A stretch of DNA of 64,000 bases, from assembly GCA_045863855.1 (NCBI GenBank), contig BTVV01000016.1, forward strand, positions 1 through 64,000, in the 5' to 3' direction. The notes beneath the pieces were generated by a model. That model had not been told where the DNA came from. It worked only from the letters and a program-made list of their open reading frames with translations, and made no database searches. Positions within the stretch are counted from its first letter, which is position 1. Every line of letters begins with the position of its first letter. The position numbers were made by a program, and so were the translations under genes. Shown piece after piece: positions 19,520 to 29,961 of this stretch. This DNA is from Planctomycetota bacterium (GTDB lineage: Bacteria; Planctomycetota; SZUA-567; H5-PLA8).

Positions 19520-20530
19520 TTAGAGGCGCTTGATCAGCGCATCAGTGAACTGCACCGTTCCGGCCGTCCCGCCTATATCGCGAGTGCGTTCCTCGGGCTT
19601 GCCTTCGGCCAGCAGTGTGTTGTACGCGCGCTTGATGCGGTCGGCCGCGGAAGTCTCGTTCAGGTGATTGAGCATCATCACCCCGGACATAATCGCCGCG
19701 AGCGGATTGGCGAGGCCCTTGCCCGCGATATCGGGGGCCGAGCCGTGCACCGACTCGAATACCGCCAACCGCTCGCCGAAGTTCGCGCCCGGCACCACGC
19801 CCAAGCCGCCCACCAGCGCCGCGCACAGGTCGCTCATGATGTCGCCGTACAGATTTTCAAGCAGCAGGATGTCGAAGCGCGACGGATCGCGGACGACTTG
19901 CATGCAGCCGTTGTCGATGATCAGCTCGTTGTACTCGATGCTTGGGTGCTGTTTGGCTACGCGGCGTGCACAGTCGAGGAACAGACCGTCGGACATCTTC
20001 ATGATATTCGCTTTATGGAATACCGTTACGCGCTTACGTCCGCGGGATTCGGCGTACTTAAACGCAAACTCCGCGATGCGCGTCGAGCCCGCCTCGGTCA
20101 CGATCTTCAGCGACTCGACGACGCCGGGTACCACTTCGTGTTCGATGCCCGAATAAAGTCCTTCGGTGTTTTCGCGCACGATCACCACTTCGACGTTCTC
20201 GTAGCGCGTCGGAATGCCCGCAATGCTGCGCACAGGACGTACCGCGGCGAATAGGTTCAGCTTCTGGCGGATCTGGACGTTGACGCTTCGGTGGCCCTTA
20301 CCGATCGGCGTGGCGGTGGGGCCCTTGAACGCAACGGTGTGCTGGCGCAGCGCGTCCAGCGTGCTTTCGGGCAGGACTTCGCCGTACTTCTCGAAATGCT
20401 CCAGCCCCGCTTGGCGTTCGATCCATGCGATGCGGACGCCCGTCGCTTCGATCAGGCGCTGGGCGGCGCCAATCACTTCGGGGCCGATTCCGTCCCCCTT
20501 GATGAGGACCACTTCGTGTTGTGTGCTCAT
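19520..20530 (-). CDS. icd: Isocitrate/isopropylmalate dehydrogenase family (likely NAD-dependent IDH)
   Basis: GDGIGPEV, RENTEGLY, HKANIMK, NLYGDIMSDL, FESVHGSAPDIAG. Confidence 0.9.
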   Translation of the reverse strand: MSTQHEVVLIKGDGIGPEVIGAAQRLIEATGVRIAWIERQAGLEHFEKYGEVLPESTLDALRQHTVAFKGPTATPIGKGHRSVNVQIRQKLNLFAAVRPVRSIAGIPTRYENVEVVIVRENTEGLYSGIEHEVVPGVVESLKIVTEAGSTRIAEFAFKYAESRGRKRVTVFHKANIMKMSDGLFLDCARRVAKQHPSIEYNELIIDNGCMQVVRDPSRFDILLLENLYGDIMSDLCAALVGGLGVVPGANFGERLAVFESVHGSAPDIAGKGLANPLAAIMSGVMMLNHLNETSAADRIKRAYNTLLAEGKPEERTRDIGGTAGTVQFTDALIKRL

Positions 20531-21057
20531 GATTGCGCTCCGTTGGGGTCGTTCGCTTCGCCGGGCTGAAGCTCGCCGCGCATTCGGTGCACGAGGACGT
20601 CCAACTCCGCCACGGCCTCCGCGTCTCCGGCGGCCTCGAATTCCAGGCGGCTGGCCGCGAATCGAGTCAGCGCTTCATCGTCGGCGCCGCGCGAGGTGGC
20701 GGTCAGGCCCAGTCCAAATAACGCGCGTCCGTGCCAGGACCGGTCGCTTTGCCGTTCGGCTTGCTCCAGGACCGCGCCAAACAAGGCGTCGGCCTGGAGC
20801 AATAATCCTCGCGCCAGCAGGATCTGTCCCTGTTCGAACAAGTTGGCCGCGCGCAGATCGTGACTGCTGGTGAAGTGGGTCTCCAGGATGCGCTGCTCGG
20901 CCAACAGGTGTTCCAGGCTGGCGCCAAAGTTATGCTCCTGCCGCTCAAGCTGTCCCAGCGCGCGGTGCATGCGCGCCTCAAGCGCCAGGTCGCCCGTGGC
21001 GTGCGCGTGCGCCAACTGTTCGGCGCATTGGGCGCGAACCCGCCGAAAGTCGATCAT
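20527..21057 (-). CDS. Small TPR-repeat protein
   Basis: Start MIDFRRV overlaps the peptidase stop. TPR-like helices (RALGQLE, RALFGLG). Confidence 0.7.
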   Translation of the reverse strand: MIDFRRVRAQCAEQLAHAHATGDLALEARMHRALGQLERQEHNFGASLEHLLAEQRILETHFTSSHDLRAANLFEQGQILLARGLLLQADALFGAVLEQAERQSDRSWHGRALFGLGLTATSRGADDEALTRFAASRLEFEAAGDAEAVAELDVLVHRMRGELQPGEANDPNGAQS

Positions 21058-22790
21058 GCGCTTTCGAGCCGCGCCAGTTCTGCGGCCAGTGCATCGGTTA
21101 GCGGCTTTACGGTGCGTTCGGAGAAGTCGAACGTCGCCCCGGCGGCCTCGAAAAGTTCCGGCAGCGGCCTCGAGCGCCCCAGCGCCAGTGCCGAGCGGTA
21201 TTTCGCGATGGCGCCTTTGAGGTCGTCCAAACTGTTGCGCCAAACCTGCAGCGCGCCGAGTTGGGCGATGCCGTACTCGATGTAGTAGAAGGGAGAACCG
21301 AAGAGGTGGCCCTGGCGATGCCAAAGATGCGATTCGGCCGCTTCGAATCCGCTCCAATCTTCGGTCCCGCCAAACCTCCGCAGTGTACTGAGCCACGCCG
21401 CCTTGCGCTCTTCGCGCTTATGCCCAGGATGCGTGTAGAGCCAGTGCTGAAATGCGTCGATCGTGGCGATCCACGGGAGCAGATTGATAATGCCTTCCAG
21501 GTGTGTGCGCCGGGCGCGCGCCGCATCTTCCGGACGATAGAACGCTTCCAGGTGCGGCCCGCCAAGCAGTTCCATGGCCATCGAAGCCACTTCGCAGAAC
21601 TCCAGCGGCGCATGCCGGTATGCCAGCAGCGGCTCCCGGCGCGTGGCCAGTGCATGAAACGCATGTCCGCCTTCATGCAGCAGCGTCTCGACGTCGCGCT
21701 GCAGGCCCACCGCATTCATGAAGATGAACGGAAGCCGTGCTTCTTCCAGCGTGTACTGGTAACCGCCCGGCGCTTTACCTTTGCGTGATTCGAGATCGAG
21801 CAGACCGTGATCGACGAGTACTTGAAAGTCTGAGCCTAGTGCGGGGTCGATTTTTCCAAAGACAGCCAGAGTAGAGGTCACGAACGCTTCCGTGTCCTGA
21901 AACGGCCGCAACGCCGGACGGTTTTTCGGATCGACAGCCAGATCCCACGGCATCAGCCGTTCCACGCCCAGCAGCTTGCGGCGTCGGTCTTGAAGCTGCC
22001 GCGCCAGCGGGACCACGTGCGCTTCGACGGCCGCGTGGAATGCTTCGCAGTGCGCAGGGGTATAATCGAAGCGGCCGCGCGCGCGGAACGCGAAGGCGCG
22101 GTAGTCGGAACATTCCGCATTCTTCGCGATGCGGTCCCGGAGCGTCAGCAGCTTCTCGAACAGTGCTTCGATCGCTTCGCAATCGCGCAAGCGGCGCTGC
22201 ACCACCATACGGAACGCCTCTTCGCGCAAAGTGCGGTCGGGGTCTTCGAGGAACTTGCCCATTTGTTGCAGCGTGCGCTCTTCCCCGCGAAAGAGGACCG
22301 TCATCGCGCCCATGATTTTCTGATACTGCTGTTTCAGGCGCGCTTCTTCCGTCTCCAGCGGCACGTTCGCATCGCGGAACAGATCGACTTCGTTTCGCGT
22401 ATCGCGTTCGAAAACTTCCCAGCGCCGCGCGGGCAAGTCGGCCCGGTGTGGGCAGGCCAAAAACAGTTGCGCAAGGCGCTGCCAGGCTGGCTTGAGCTTC
22501 GGCTCGATTTGTTCGACGAAATCCAAGTAGGCGCGTTCGGTGGCCGGATCGTCGGTCTGGCACGTCATGCGAATGTAGCGCCGGGCGGTTTCCTGCTGCA
22601 CCGCGGCATCCAGTTCCGATCCGTCCAGTACCCAGCGTTCCAACTCGGCCGCATCCGCCAGCGCGCGACCGCGCTCTTCGAGTTGCTTGAACAGGGGCTC
22701 GATATGAATCCAGTTACCCGGATCGAAGGTCTCGGGTACAAAACGCCGGGACTGGTAAGGCTTCAGGGTTTCCAGTGCGGCGATGGTCAT
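21054..22790 (-). CDS. M3 family oligoendopeptidase (PepF-like)
   Basis: LLHEGGHAFH, EFCEVASMAMEL, PFYYIEYGIAQ, GKAPGGY. Confidence 0.93.
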   Translation of the reverse strand: MTIAALETLKPYQSRRFVPETFDPGNWIHIEPLFKQLEERGRALADAAELERWVLDGSELDAAVQQETARRYIRMTCQTDDPATERAYLDFVEQIEPKLKPAWQRLAQLFLACPHRADLPARRWEVFERDTRNEVDLFRDANVPLETEEARLKQQYQKIMGAMTVLFRGEERTLQQMGKFLEDPDRTLREEAFRMVVQRRLRDCEAIEALFEKLLTLRDRIAKNAECSDYRAFAFRARGRFDYTPAHCEAFHAAVEAHVVPLARQLQDRRRKLLGVERLMPWDLAVDPKNRPALRPFQDTEAFVTSTLAVFGKIDPALGSDFQVLVDHGLLDLESRKGKAPGGYQYTLEEARLPFIFMNAVGLQRDVETLLHEGGHAFHALATRREPLLAYRHAPLEFCEVASMAMELLGGPHLEAFYRPEDAARARRTHLEGIINLLPWIATIDAFQHWLYTHPGHKREERKAAWLSTLRRFGGTEDWSGFEAAESHLWHRQGHLFGSPFYYIEYGIAQLGALQVWRNSLDDLKGAIAKYRSALALGRSRPLPELFEAAGATFDFSERTVKPLTDALAAELARLESA

Positions 22791-22868
22791 GTGCGGCTCC
22801 TGCCCGGGTGAGGTCTTCGGGGCGAGGATAGCTCGCCGGGCGGAATTGTCACGCACAGCGTCAAGAGG

Positions 22869-25800
22869 TCAGAAATCCAGCCGCAGGTGCCGCGTGGGCC
22901 CCCAATTCCCGGCTTGATCCACCGCGCGAACATGCACGTACCAGACCCCCTGGCGCGGCTCGTCGCGCCGCGTGTTCGAAGTATCGGTGATCCGCTTCGG
23001 CGCTTCGGAATCGGGCGTGCGGTCGATCAGCACCGAATAGCCTTCGATCCCGCTCGGGTCCTCCGCGGCCGTCCATTCCAGCACCCCGGCCTCGCCGTCG
23101 GCAAGCAGGTGCAAATTATCGAGCCAAAGCGCGGAACCGCGCTTGCACCCGCGTTGTCCGTGCGCCGTAAGCACGATCTGCGAAATGATCCGGGCAGGAA
23201 GCTGCGGAACCGCTTCGTCCAGGAGCGCGCGAAGATTCACGCCCGCGTGCCGCCACGATCCGCTTGCGCCGGCGGTCGCGATCTCGCCGAGGGTCCGCTC
23301 ACCGCCCGGCGGGCCCAGGAACCGGATCGTGTACCATTCGCCCAGCACCATAAGCTGCAGATCCAGCGCCATCTCTCCTTCTACTTTGTAGTCGAAGTGG
23401 AGCATCGGGTACTGGTCGAAGTACCACGCGTTCTTGTGCAGCATCACCTGCACGTCGGCGTCGTCGGCCAGTGAAACGATTTTGATCGCCCGTTCTCCGT
23501 ACGCCGCATCTTTGGGGTCGGAGGTCCAGTCGATCCTGCAATCGCGCAGCGGGCGGACGTGTCCCAGGGTCTCTTCGAAATCGAGCGCCATGCTTAATTC
23601 GAGCAGCATCGGCCGACGTGGCGTGCGCCCCGTCGCGCCGTCCGATGCGCAGTAGCGCAACTGGCTTACCGCCGGTCCTTCCGTATCGCGCGTACGGTCC
23701 ACCATAAAGGTGAAGACCTGCGGCTCGATCATGCGGTTGCCTAAGGTGTCCTGCGCGCCGCCCACGAGCACCTGAACCTCGCCCGTTTCAGGCCATACCA
23801 GCCGTTCGCCCACCTTCGAGCCGTCGAACGTCAGAATGTTCGTACCCGCGTCCAGCACACATCCAAGCTGACCGTCGATGAAGAACTGACCGTTCACGCG
23901 CACTTGCACGCTACCGGGCAGGATCACGTGATCCTCCGCGAAGTGCAGCCGGAAAGTCTTGCCCGTCATTGTCGATCCGGCCGCCGGTTCGGTCTTTACG
24001 ATGCGCGGTGAGTGATCGTCGAGCCGGAACTTGTAGTGCGTCGTGGGCGACCATTGGCCCGCTGCATTCTTGCTGCGCACATGCAGCCAGCGCCAACCCG
24101 ACTGGGCCGGAGCCGGCGTGCCGGGCGCTTCGCCCTCAGCCTGCCGCGCGCGCCGCAGCGCGGCTTCCACGCTCTCCTGAAGCCGCACGTCTTTGCCCAC
24201 CGGAATGGTCTCCGGCTGCTCGTCGATCGTGGCCGCGTAGTCGGCCATCCCGGTCAGGTCGTGCGCCGTCCAGCGAAAGGCGATTCCCCGCGAGCGCGCC
24301 GCCGGAAGCGCGCGCAGCGCATGAATCTGATAGGCCATTCCGCGCCGGTTGCCTTGATACCCGTGATCCTGCAGGGCCAGGTGATGGATCTCGTAGGCCG
24401 ACGATCCTCCGCTGGCCGCGGCGAAATGCTTCAGCAGCGCGATCTCGCTCTTCCGCCACGTGCCGTCGTCCTTGAAATCTTCGGGTGGTCCCAGTTCTTC
24501 GCGGCGCAAGCGCGCAGTGGCCCATTCGCCGCCGCGGTCTTGGGCAAAGCCAATATCGTTGAGCAGCAGTACGTGCTGCCCGCCTTGTGCGCCTCGATAG
24601 AAGAGGTTGACCGGTACCTCGCTGGGAATGTTGTACTCCAATTCCAAGTAGGGCCATTGCGCGAGGTTGTAGACAGTGCCGGGCAGCGTGAGGCCGAAGT
24701 GCGCACCGTCCATCAGCGAAACCACGCGCAGGCTGCCGGACTCGAGCGCCCAAGGCGGCGCGGCTTCGGTTTCGTACAGGGCCATTTCGCGTGTGCCGCC
24801 GGCCGGGGCCGTTTGGCTCAAGCGCAGCCTGGGCGCAACGGGAGCCCGGTGTGCGCGCCCACGGCCCAGTGCGGCATCCACATCCAGCCGCGCTTCGATT
24901 TCGGGCGCCGAGGCGGCCTTCCGTGCCGCGATGGCCTCCGTGAGCTTATACGTCCACGCCGTCTGGACGGGTTCCGCGACCGCCATGCCCGCGCGGTCGG
25001 CGAAGCGCCCCAGCGTCATAGGTACCAGCGCGCCATCCACCAACGGCCGTTCGCCCAGCGCGCGCCACAAGTCCACGCGCGCTTCCTGCTTTGTCTCGTC
25101 AAATTCGATCAGTTCTCCACCCAGCAGCCGGTCTTGAATCTGAATCTGCAGCGTATCGGGATCGACACCGCTTCCGCCGGGATCGGCGAAGCGAAGCGTC
25201 GCGTGCCGCCCGTCGCCGGCGGCATCGAACGGCCAGACGATTTCCAGAAGGCGCGGCGGCTCGCGGTCCACGTCGGAGCATTTCAGAAAGTACAGGTCGC
25301 TCGCCGAATACGAAGCGTGCAGCGCGTTACCGCCGAATCCCCCCAGCGCGTAGCTCCGATTGTCCAGGCAGGCCAGCAGCGGGCGCAGCGTCATGCGCGG
25401 CGGCTGGCGAAACCCGCGGCGCGACCAGAAGCGCCGCCAGTCCCGCCCCAAGTCGGCTTGGATCACGTGCCAGCGCCCGTCCGCCTTCGGGCCTTCCAGG
25501 CGGCCAATCAGCGGAAGGTCTTCGTTCGCGTCCTCGGGGCCGTTCAGGCGCCAGCGATAAAATTCCTCGCTGCCCAGATCCTTGAAGCATAAATCCACGA
25601 GCGTTCCGGGTTCGATGCGTACCGCAAAGCGCAAGACCCCGTGATCGGAGAGATCCACCAGCGTCTTCTTCCACTGCAACGCCAACGGCCCGCCTCCAAT
25701 TCCGTTCTCGACGCGCCACCCTTCGCCCGCACCCGCTTCGCCGGGCGCCGGCGCCGGAGCGGAAATCGGTTTGAACTCCAGTAGCGGTCCGCGCAGCGCC

Positions 25801-28619
25801 TTTTGCGCCGCAACGGGCAAGCTCGTCCGCTCGACGTGGCTGTGAATCTCACCGTCGAACATGTTGATCACGCGCCCATCGTCGAATAACTGCGTGGCGC
25901 GCGGTTCCAAATCCGCCGGTCTTGCGTCGCCCGTAAACGCAATCCGGCAGCGCGAAAGCAGGACGCCGTTCTTCAGCGTGCCGAATCCCACGCGCCCCTC
26001 CGCCAGCGGCTGAGAGTCTTCGAACTCGAACGCGCGCTCGCCGTCCATGAAGAACCTAACCTTCGTGCCGATCCGCTCCAGGCGCAGATGGAACCAGCGT
26101 TGATGCAACTCGGGCTTGTCCGGATGCCGCAGCCGGTCGCTGGGCAGGCGAAATTTCTCTTCCGTCGCTTCGGCTACTTGCACGCCGTTGCGATAAAGGC
26201 GCGTCCAGTAGTTCCCGCCGCCGCCGACGATCACCGTATAGCCGCTGGAGAAATGTGTGCCGTCTCCGCAGATCGTGAGCAGGTAATCGCCGGGGCGTTC
26301 GTATGGCGGATCTTCGCGCTGCATCATCATCGCCAGATGGGCATCGACGCTTTGGTCCCCGCTGAAGACGCGCTTGTTCCAGATTGCCGCCGTCGTCGCG
26401 CTGCGACCACCGAACCACGACCAGCGCGGATCGCAGATCCACTTGTTGAGCAACCCCCAGCGTCCGGAGGCGACTTTCCAGTCGGCCGGCGCTTCATTAA
26501 AGGTGTACTCGTACGCCAGCGCGCCGCCCACCTGAGCGGTTCGCGCGTCGCCCAAGTTGCGCAGCCCGCGCAACGCCACACGATCCCCGCGCGGAGGGGT
26601 GCCGAGCGGAAGTTCCAACCGCACGCCGTCCACTTCGGCTTCGAGCGTCCCGCGTCCCGCATGCACAAAAATGCGCTCGAACGGACCGCCGCCCACCGGC
26701 GCGCGCTTCGTTTGGCCTCCGCCGCTGAGCACCGCTGTGCCTGCCTTGATGAAAAGCCCCGGAGCGTCGGACGACGGCGGAACGGCCTCTTCGCAGAACA
26801 GCCGAATCTCCAACTCGTCGAAAACCGGACGGCGCAACCGCACAAACTGATCCAGCGGTGTGCGCGCCGTATGCAGCGCCCACGGCGTGGCCGGGTCGCG
26901 CCGCCATTCCAGCGCCGGATTCGCCCAGCGCTCCATGTCCTGTTCCAGCGCGAAAATGTCGTTCAGCGCGCGGTCCGGCCGGCGCAGCGAGGCCAGGTTT
27001 GCACGGTTGGTCACCACTGCAAGATCGTCGAAGAAGACCGGATCGCCGCGCAGCGCGTACAGGCCGACTTGCCCGCGCTTGAGCCCCGGGACGGCCGTCT
27101 TGAAGACCTCTACGCCGTCCACGAGCGCGCGCACCTCCGCGCCGCGCCAGTCGAGCGCCAGGCGATAAAATTCGTACGGGCGGTAACTCAGTGTGCGTTC
27201 TGCCAGTACCGTGGCGCGGTTGCCTTCAACACGCACCAGTTGCAGCGCTTCGGCTGCTGCGGGCGCGGCATCGGGCTCCGCGGGTACGCCCTCGCCCGGT
27301 TCGGAGGCGGCCACGCGCGGCGGCGGACCGATCCAGCGCAGCAGCACATAGTCTTGGGGCGAAGAGACCGCCACCGCCAGACCGAAGCCGCCGCTGCCCA
27401 GCGGCTTCGCCGCCACCTCCGCGGCGTAATCGCTCCAGCCCGCTTCGCCGCCCAGGATCATCCCGTCGGACCCGTCGCTCACAGGCTGAATCGCTTTGCC
27501 CACCATCGGTGTGCCCCAACGGAAGACGTCGCCGGTCAGCGTGAAGTCTCGCAGCGTCTTTTCGCCGCGCCGCAGGATCTTCAGCGTCAGGCGCTGTCCG
27601 CTGCGAGCGGCCTGCTGCAAAAAATTCTGTGCGCGCCAAGGCGAGAGATCGTCTACGGCATGTCCGTTGATCGCGACGATCGTGTCGTCTTCCTGCAGGC
27701 CGGCGTACTGAGCGGGGCTGCCGCCGGTAATGCGCAGGATATGCAGCGTGCCTTCGCCGCTGCTGAGCATCACGCCGATGCCGGTGTCTTCGCCGCGCAT
27801 GCGGTCGCGGTAGAGTTTGTCGTCGGCCGGCGGCTCCGGGCCGAACGAAGCCCGCAGCGAGAACGGATTGGCGCTCCGTTCGGGAAACGTGAGCTGCGTC
27901 AGTTCCCAACGTCCGCGGGCAGGTTTCCAGAAACCGTCCGCCGATTCGCGCATAAATCCGTCGCGAAACTCCACGCGCGCCAAGTCCAGCGCCCGCCGCG
28001 TGCCCAGCTTGATGCCCGCGGCCTGCACCGCGCCAGCGCTGGGCCCTTTAAGTTCCAGGCTGCCTTTCCAAGTCAGGGCTTCGGTGTCGTCCCACCACAC
28101 GCTCAATTCGCCGCTGCGCCAAAGCGCTCCCAGACGCATGTTCCCGTCCACCGCTGGAAGCCCGGCGCGGCCCTGCGCGAGCAATTCCGGCGCGGCCGAT
28201 CCTCCGGCCAACCGTTCCAAGCGCAGCGACGGCCCCTGCAACCGCACGCGCACGCCGGCCGCAGTGGCCGGGTCGAGCGACAGATACAGGTCGGCCACCG
28301 GCGCATCCGGCCACGAATCCGGGAGATTCAGGCGCTGTTCGAGCCAGAAGTCGCCTTGCTTGGCCGAGGCGTCGTCTGAAAGTCGCACCGTTCCCAGTTG
28401 CTGGACTTCGTGCTCGCGTTCGGGCGAGGCGTGCGGATCGGGGTAGGCCGACGGAGCCGGTTCGGACGGCCCGGGCTGGGCCACGGGCGGTGCGGGCGTG
28501 GCAGGCGTCGGCCGCAGAACCGCCCAAACCGCTCCGGCGGTCAGGACCAGCGCCAAAATCAGCCAGAACGTGCGCAGCACAGCGCGGGGTTGGGATTCGG
28601 AAGGGGCGGGTTCGTCCAT
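22869..28619 (-). CDS. Very large membrane-anchored PDZ/beta-sandwich multidomain protein
   Basis: N-terminal TM helix. PDZ (GIGVML..GGSPAQYAGLQEDDTIVAING). Concanavalin-like modules ending GQVGL/GRVGF. Repeated W(R/H)-type modules and Ig-like repeats. Confidence 0.75.
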   Translation of the reverse strand: MDEPAPSESQPRAVLRTFWLILALVLTAGAVWAVLRPTPATPAPPVAQPGPSEPAPSAYPDPHASPEREHEVQQLGTVRLSDDASAKQGDFWLEQRLNLPDSWPDAPVADLYLSLDPATAAGVRVRLQGPSLRLERLAGGSAAPELLAQGRAGLPAVDGNMRLGALWRSGELSVWWDDTEALTWKGSLELKGPSAGAVQAAGIKLGTRRALDLARVEFRDGFMRESADGFWKPARGRWELTQLTFPERSANPFSLRASFGPEPPADDKLYRDRMRGEDTGIGVMLSSGEGTLHILRITGGSPAQYAGLQEDDTIVAINGHAVDDLSPWRAQNFLQQAARSGQRLTLKILRRGEKTLRDFTLTGDVFRWGTPMVGKAIQPVSDGSDGMILGGEAGWSDYAAEVAAKPLGSGGFGLAVAVSSPQDYVLLRWIGPPPRVAASEPGEGVPAEPDAAPAAAEALQLVRVEGNRATVLAERTLSYRPYEFYRLALDWRGAEVRALVDGVEVFKTAVPGLKRGQVGLYALRGDPVFFDDLAVVTNRANLASLRRPDRALNDIFALEQDMERWANPALEWRRDPATPWALHTARTPLDQFVRLRRPVFDELEIRLFCEEAVPPSSDAPGLFIKAGTAVLSGGGQTKRAPVGGGPFERIFVHAGRGTLEAEVDGVRLELPLGTPPRGDRVALRGLRNLGDARTAQVGGALAYEYTFNEAPADWKVASGRWGLLNKWICDPRWSWFGGRSATTAAIWNKRVFSGDQSVDAHLAMMMQREDPPYERPGDYLLTICGDGTHFSSGYTVIVGGGGNYWTRLYRNGVQVAEATEEKFRLPSDRLRHPDKPELHQRWFHLRLERIGTKVRFFMDGERAFEFEDSQPLAEGRVGFGTLKNGVLLSRCRIAFTGDARPADLEPRATQLFDDGRVINMFDGEIHSHVERTSLPVAAQKALRGPLLEFKPISAPAPAPGEAGAGEGWRVENGIGGGPLALQWKKTLVDLSDHGVLRFAVRIEPGTLVDLCFKDLGSEEFYRWRLNGPEDANEDLPLIGRLEGPKADGRWHVIQADLGRDWRRFWSRRGFRQPPRMTLRPLLACLDNRSYALGGFGGNALHASYSASDLYFLKCSDVDREPPRLLEIVWPFDAAGDGRHATLRFADPGGSGVDPDTLQIQIQDRLLGGELIEFDETKQEARVDLWRALGERPLVDGALVPMTLGRFADRAGMAVAEPVQTAWTYKLTEAIAARKAASAPEIEARLDVDAALGRGRAHRAPVAPRLRLSQTAPAGGTREMALYETEAAPPWALESGSLRVVSLMDGAHFGLTLPGTVYNLAQWPYLELEYNIPSEVPVNLFYRGAQGGQHVLLLNDIGFAQDRGGEWATARLRREELGPPEDFKDDGTWRKSEIALLKHFAAASGGSSAYEIHHLALQDHGYQGNRRGMAYQIHALRALPAARSRGIAFRWTAHDLTGMADYAATIDEQPETIPVGKDVRLQESVEAALRRARQAEGEAPGTPAPAQSGWRWLHVRSKNAAGQWSPTTHYKFRLDDHSPRIVKTEPAAGSTMTGKTFRLHFAEDHVILPGSVQVRVNGQFFIDGQLGCVLDAGTNILTFDGSKVGERLVWPETGEVQVLVGGAQDTLGNRMIEPQVFTFMVDRTRDTEGPAVSQLRYCASDGATGRTPRRPMLLELSMALDFEETLGHVRPLRDCRIDWTSDPKDAAYGERAIKIVSLADDADVQVMLHKNAWYFDQYPMLHFDYKVEGEMALDLQLMVLGEWYTIRFLGPPGGERTLGEIATAGASGSWRHAGVNLRALLDEAVPQLPARIISQIVLTAHGQRGCKRGSALWLDNLHLLADGEAGVLEWTAAEDPSGIEGYSVLIDRTPDSEAPKRITDTSNTRRDEPRQGVWYVHVRAVDQAGNWGPTRHLRLDF

Positions 28620-28748
28620 GGCGCTCGCGAGGGGTCTGTTACCTTTATGGCTAGACGCCGCAACCAAGCCTTCTACATCGAAAATTCTAGGGGCGCGCGG
28701 CCTTCCGTGCAGCTAAAAGTTGGTCCGGAAAACCAGGAACCCTTTCGT

Positions 28749-29324
28749 ATGCGGTTAGGCAAACCCGGCGGCGTTACGTTGGTGGAACTGCTGGCGGTCC
28801 TCGCCATCGTGGGCGTATTGCTGAGTGTGGGGGTCTACGCCTACCGAGCCAGCCGCCGCAGCGTGGCGTTGGCTGCCGCGCGCGGGGAAACCCTGATCCT
28901 GAAGCAGGCCATCGAGAAATACCGCGATCTGTACGGCTTCTGGCCTCCGGGCGAAGGGAACGCCGCCATCGTCCGGACCCTGCGTGCGCGCTACCGCCGC
29001 GATCCGGTCCTGGAGCCGCTCAAAGAGCGCCAGCAGGACGCCGATGGAAACTGGCTCGATCCCTGGGGCCGTCCTTACGCGGTGGAAATTCTGGACCCGG
29101 ACGCCTGGCAGGCCGCGGAATCGGCGGTGGCCGCCGGCGCGGCCACCGTGCAGCAGCGCTATTGGGTCGCGGTCGTGCGCGGCCCGGTAAACGTCTATTC
29201 GCTGGGACCGAACGGGACCGACGAGCGCGGCTTCGACGCCTCGGACGCCGCGCACGATCCGCCGCTGTACCCCACGGGCGCCGACCCGCAGGAGGTGGAT
29301 GATCTGCGCGCGGGGGGGCGCTAA
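28749..29324 (+). CDS. GspG-like pseudopilin
   Basis: G|VTLVELLAVLAIVGVLL prepilin motif, LDPWGRPY, VYSLGPNG. Confidence 0.88.
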   Translation: MRLGKPGGVTLVELLAVLAIVGVLLSVGVYAYRASRRSVALAAARGETLILKQAIEKYRDLYGFWPPGEGNAAIVRTLRARYRRDPVLEPLKERQQDADGNWLDPWGRPYAVEILDPDAWQAAESAVAAGAATVQQRYWVAVVRGPVNVYSLGPNGTDERGFDASDAAHDPPLYPTGADPQEVDDLRAGGR

Positions 29325-29328
29325 GCGC

Positions 29329-29886
29329 ATGCGACGCCACCCGCACCCGTCCGGCTTCACGCTGCTGGAAATGCTCGCCGCGCTGGCGGTCATCGCGATC
29401 CTTGCCGGGCTGCTTGTCGCGGTGATCGGGCCGATTCGGGAGAAAACCCGTCGCGCCGAAACCGCTCAGTTTATTCAGGCTATCGAAATCGCGGTTAAGG
29501 ATTTTCAACTCGCTTGCCACCGATACCCCTGGCCCGATCCGGAGCCTGGTGTGCCGTGGAACCTCACCGAAGAGCGGCGCTTGCCGGATGCCGCGGTATT
29601 CAGGGCACTCGCGCCGCAGTACCCTTCCATTCGCTCCGCCGACGCGGACGATGCCGGCGCCGGCCTGAACCCCGACGGCCGCAACTTCCTCGTGGTCCCG
29701 CCGCGCTTCCTGGCGGAGAACGGTGCGGTTGTGGATGCTTGGGGACGGCCGCTGCTCCTGCATTGGGATTCCGAGTCCCGTGCACTCGTGGTAATCTCCT
29801 GCGGACCCAACGGAATCAACGAGTCCCTGACGCCGGACGGCGGCTGGCTTCCCAAACCGTACGGCGACGACGTGAACAATAGGTAG
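29329..29886 (+). CDS. GspG-like pseudopilin
   Basis: G|FTLLEMLAALAVIAILAG, VDAWGRP, ISCGPNG, GDDVNN. Confidence 0.88.
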   Translation: MRRHPHPSGFTLLEMLAALAVIAILAGLLVAVIGPIREKTRRAETAQFIQAIEIAVKDFQLACHRYPWPDPEPGVPWNLTEERRLPDAAVFRALAPQYPSIRSADADDAGAGLNPDGRNFLVVPPRFLAENGAVVDAWGRPLLLHWDSESRALVVISCGPNGINESLTPDGGWLPKPYGDDVNNR

Positions 29887-29961
29887 TCCACGGAGCTTGG
29901 CAGGCCGTCCGAGTGCGGTAAGCTGAATATTCAATCGATCGCCACGGAGCGCCCTCAGATC

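Noticed and set aside
24012..28379. 526-aa and 763-aa plus-strand ORFs
   Set aside because: Antisense shadows of the PDZ protein gene.
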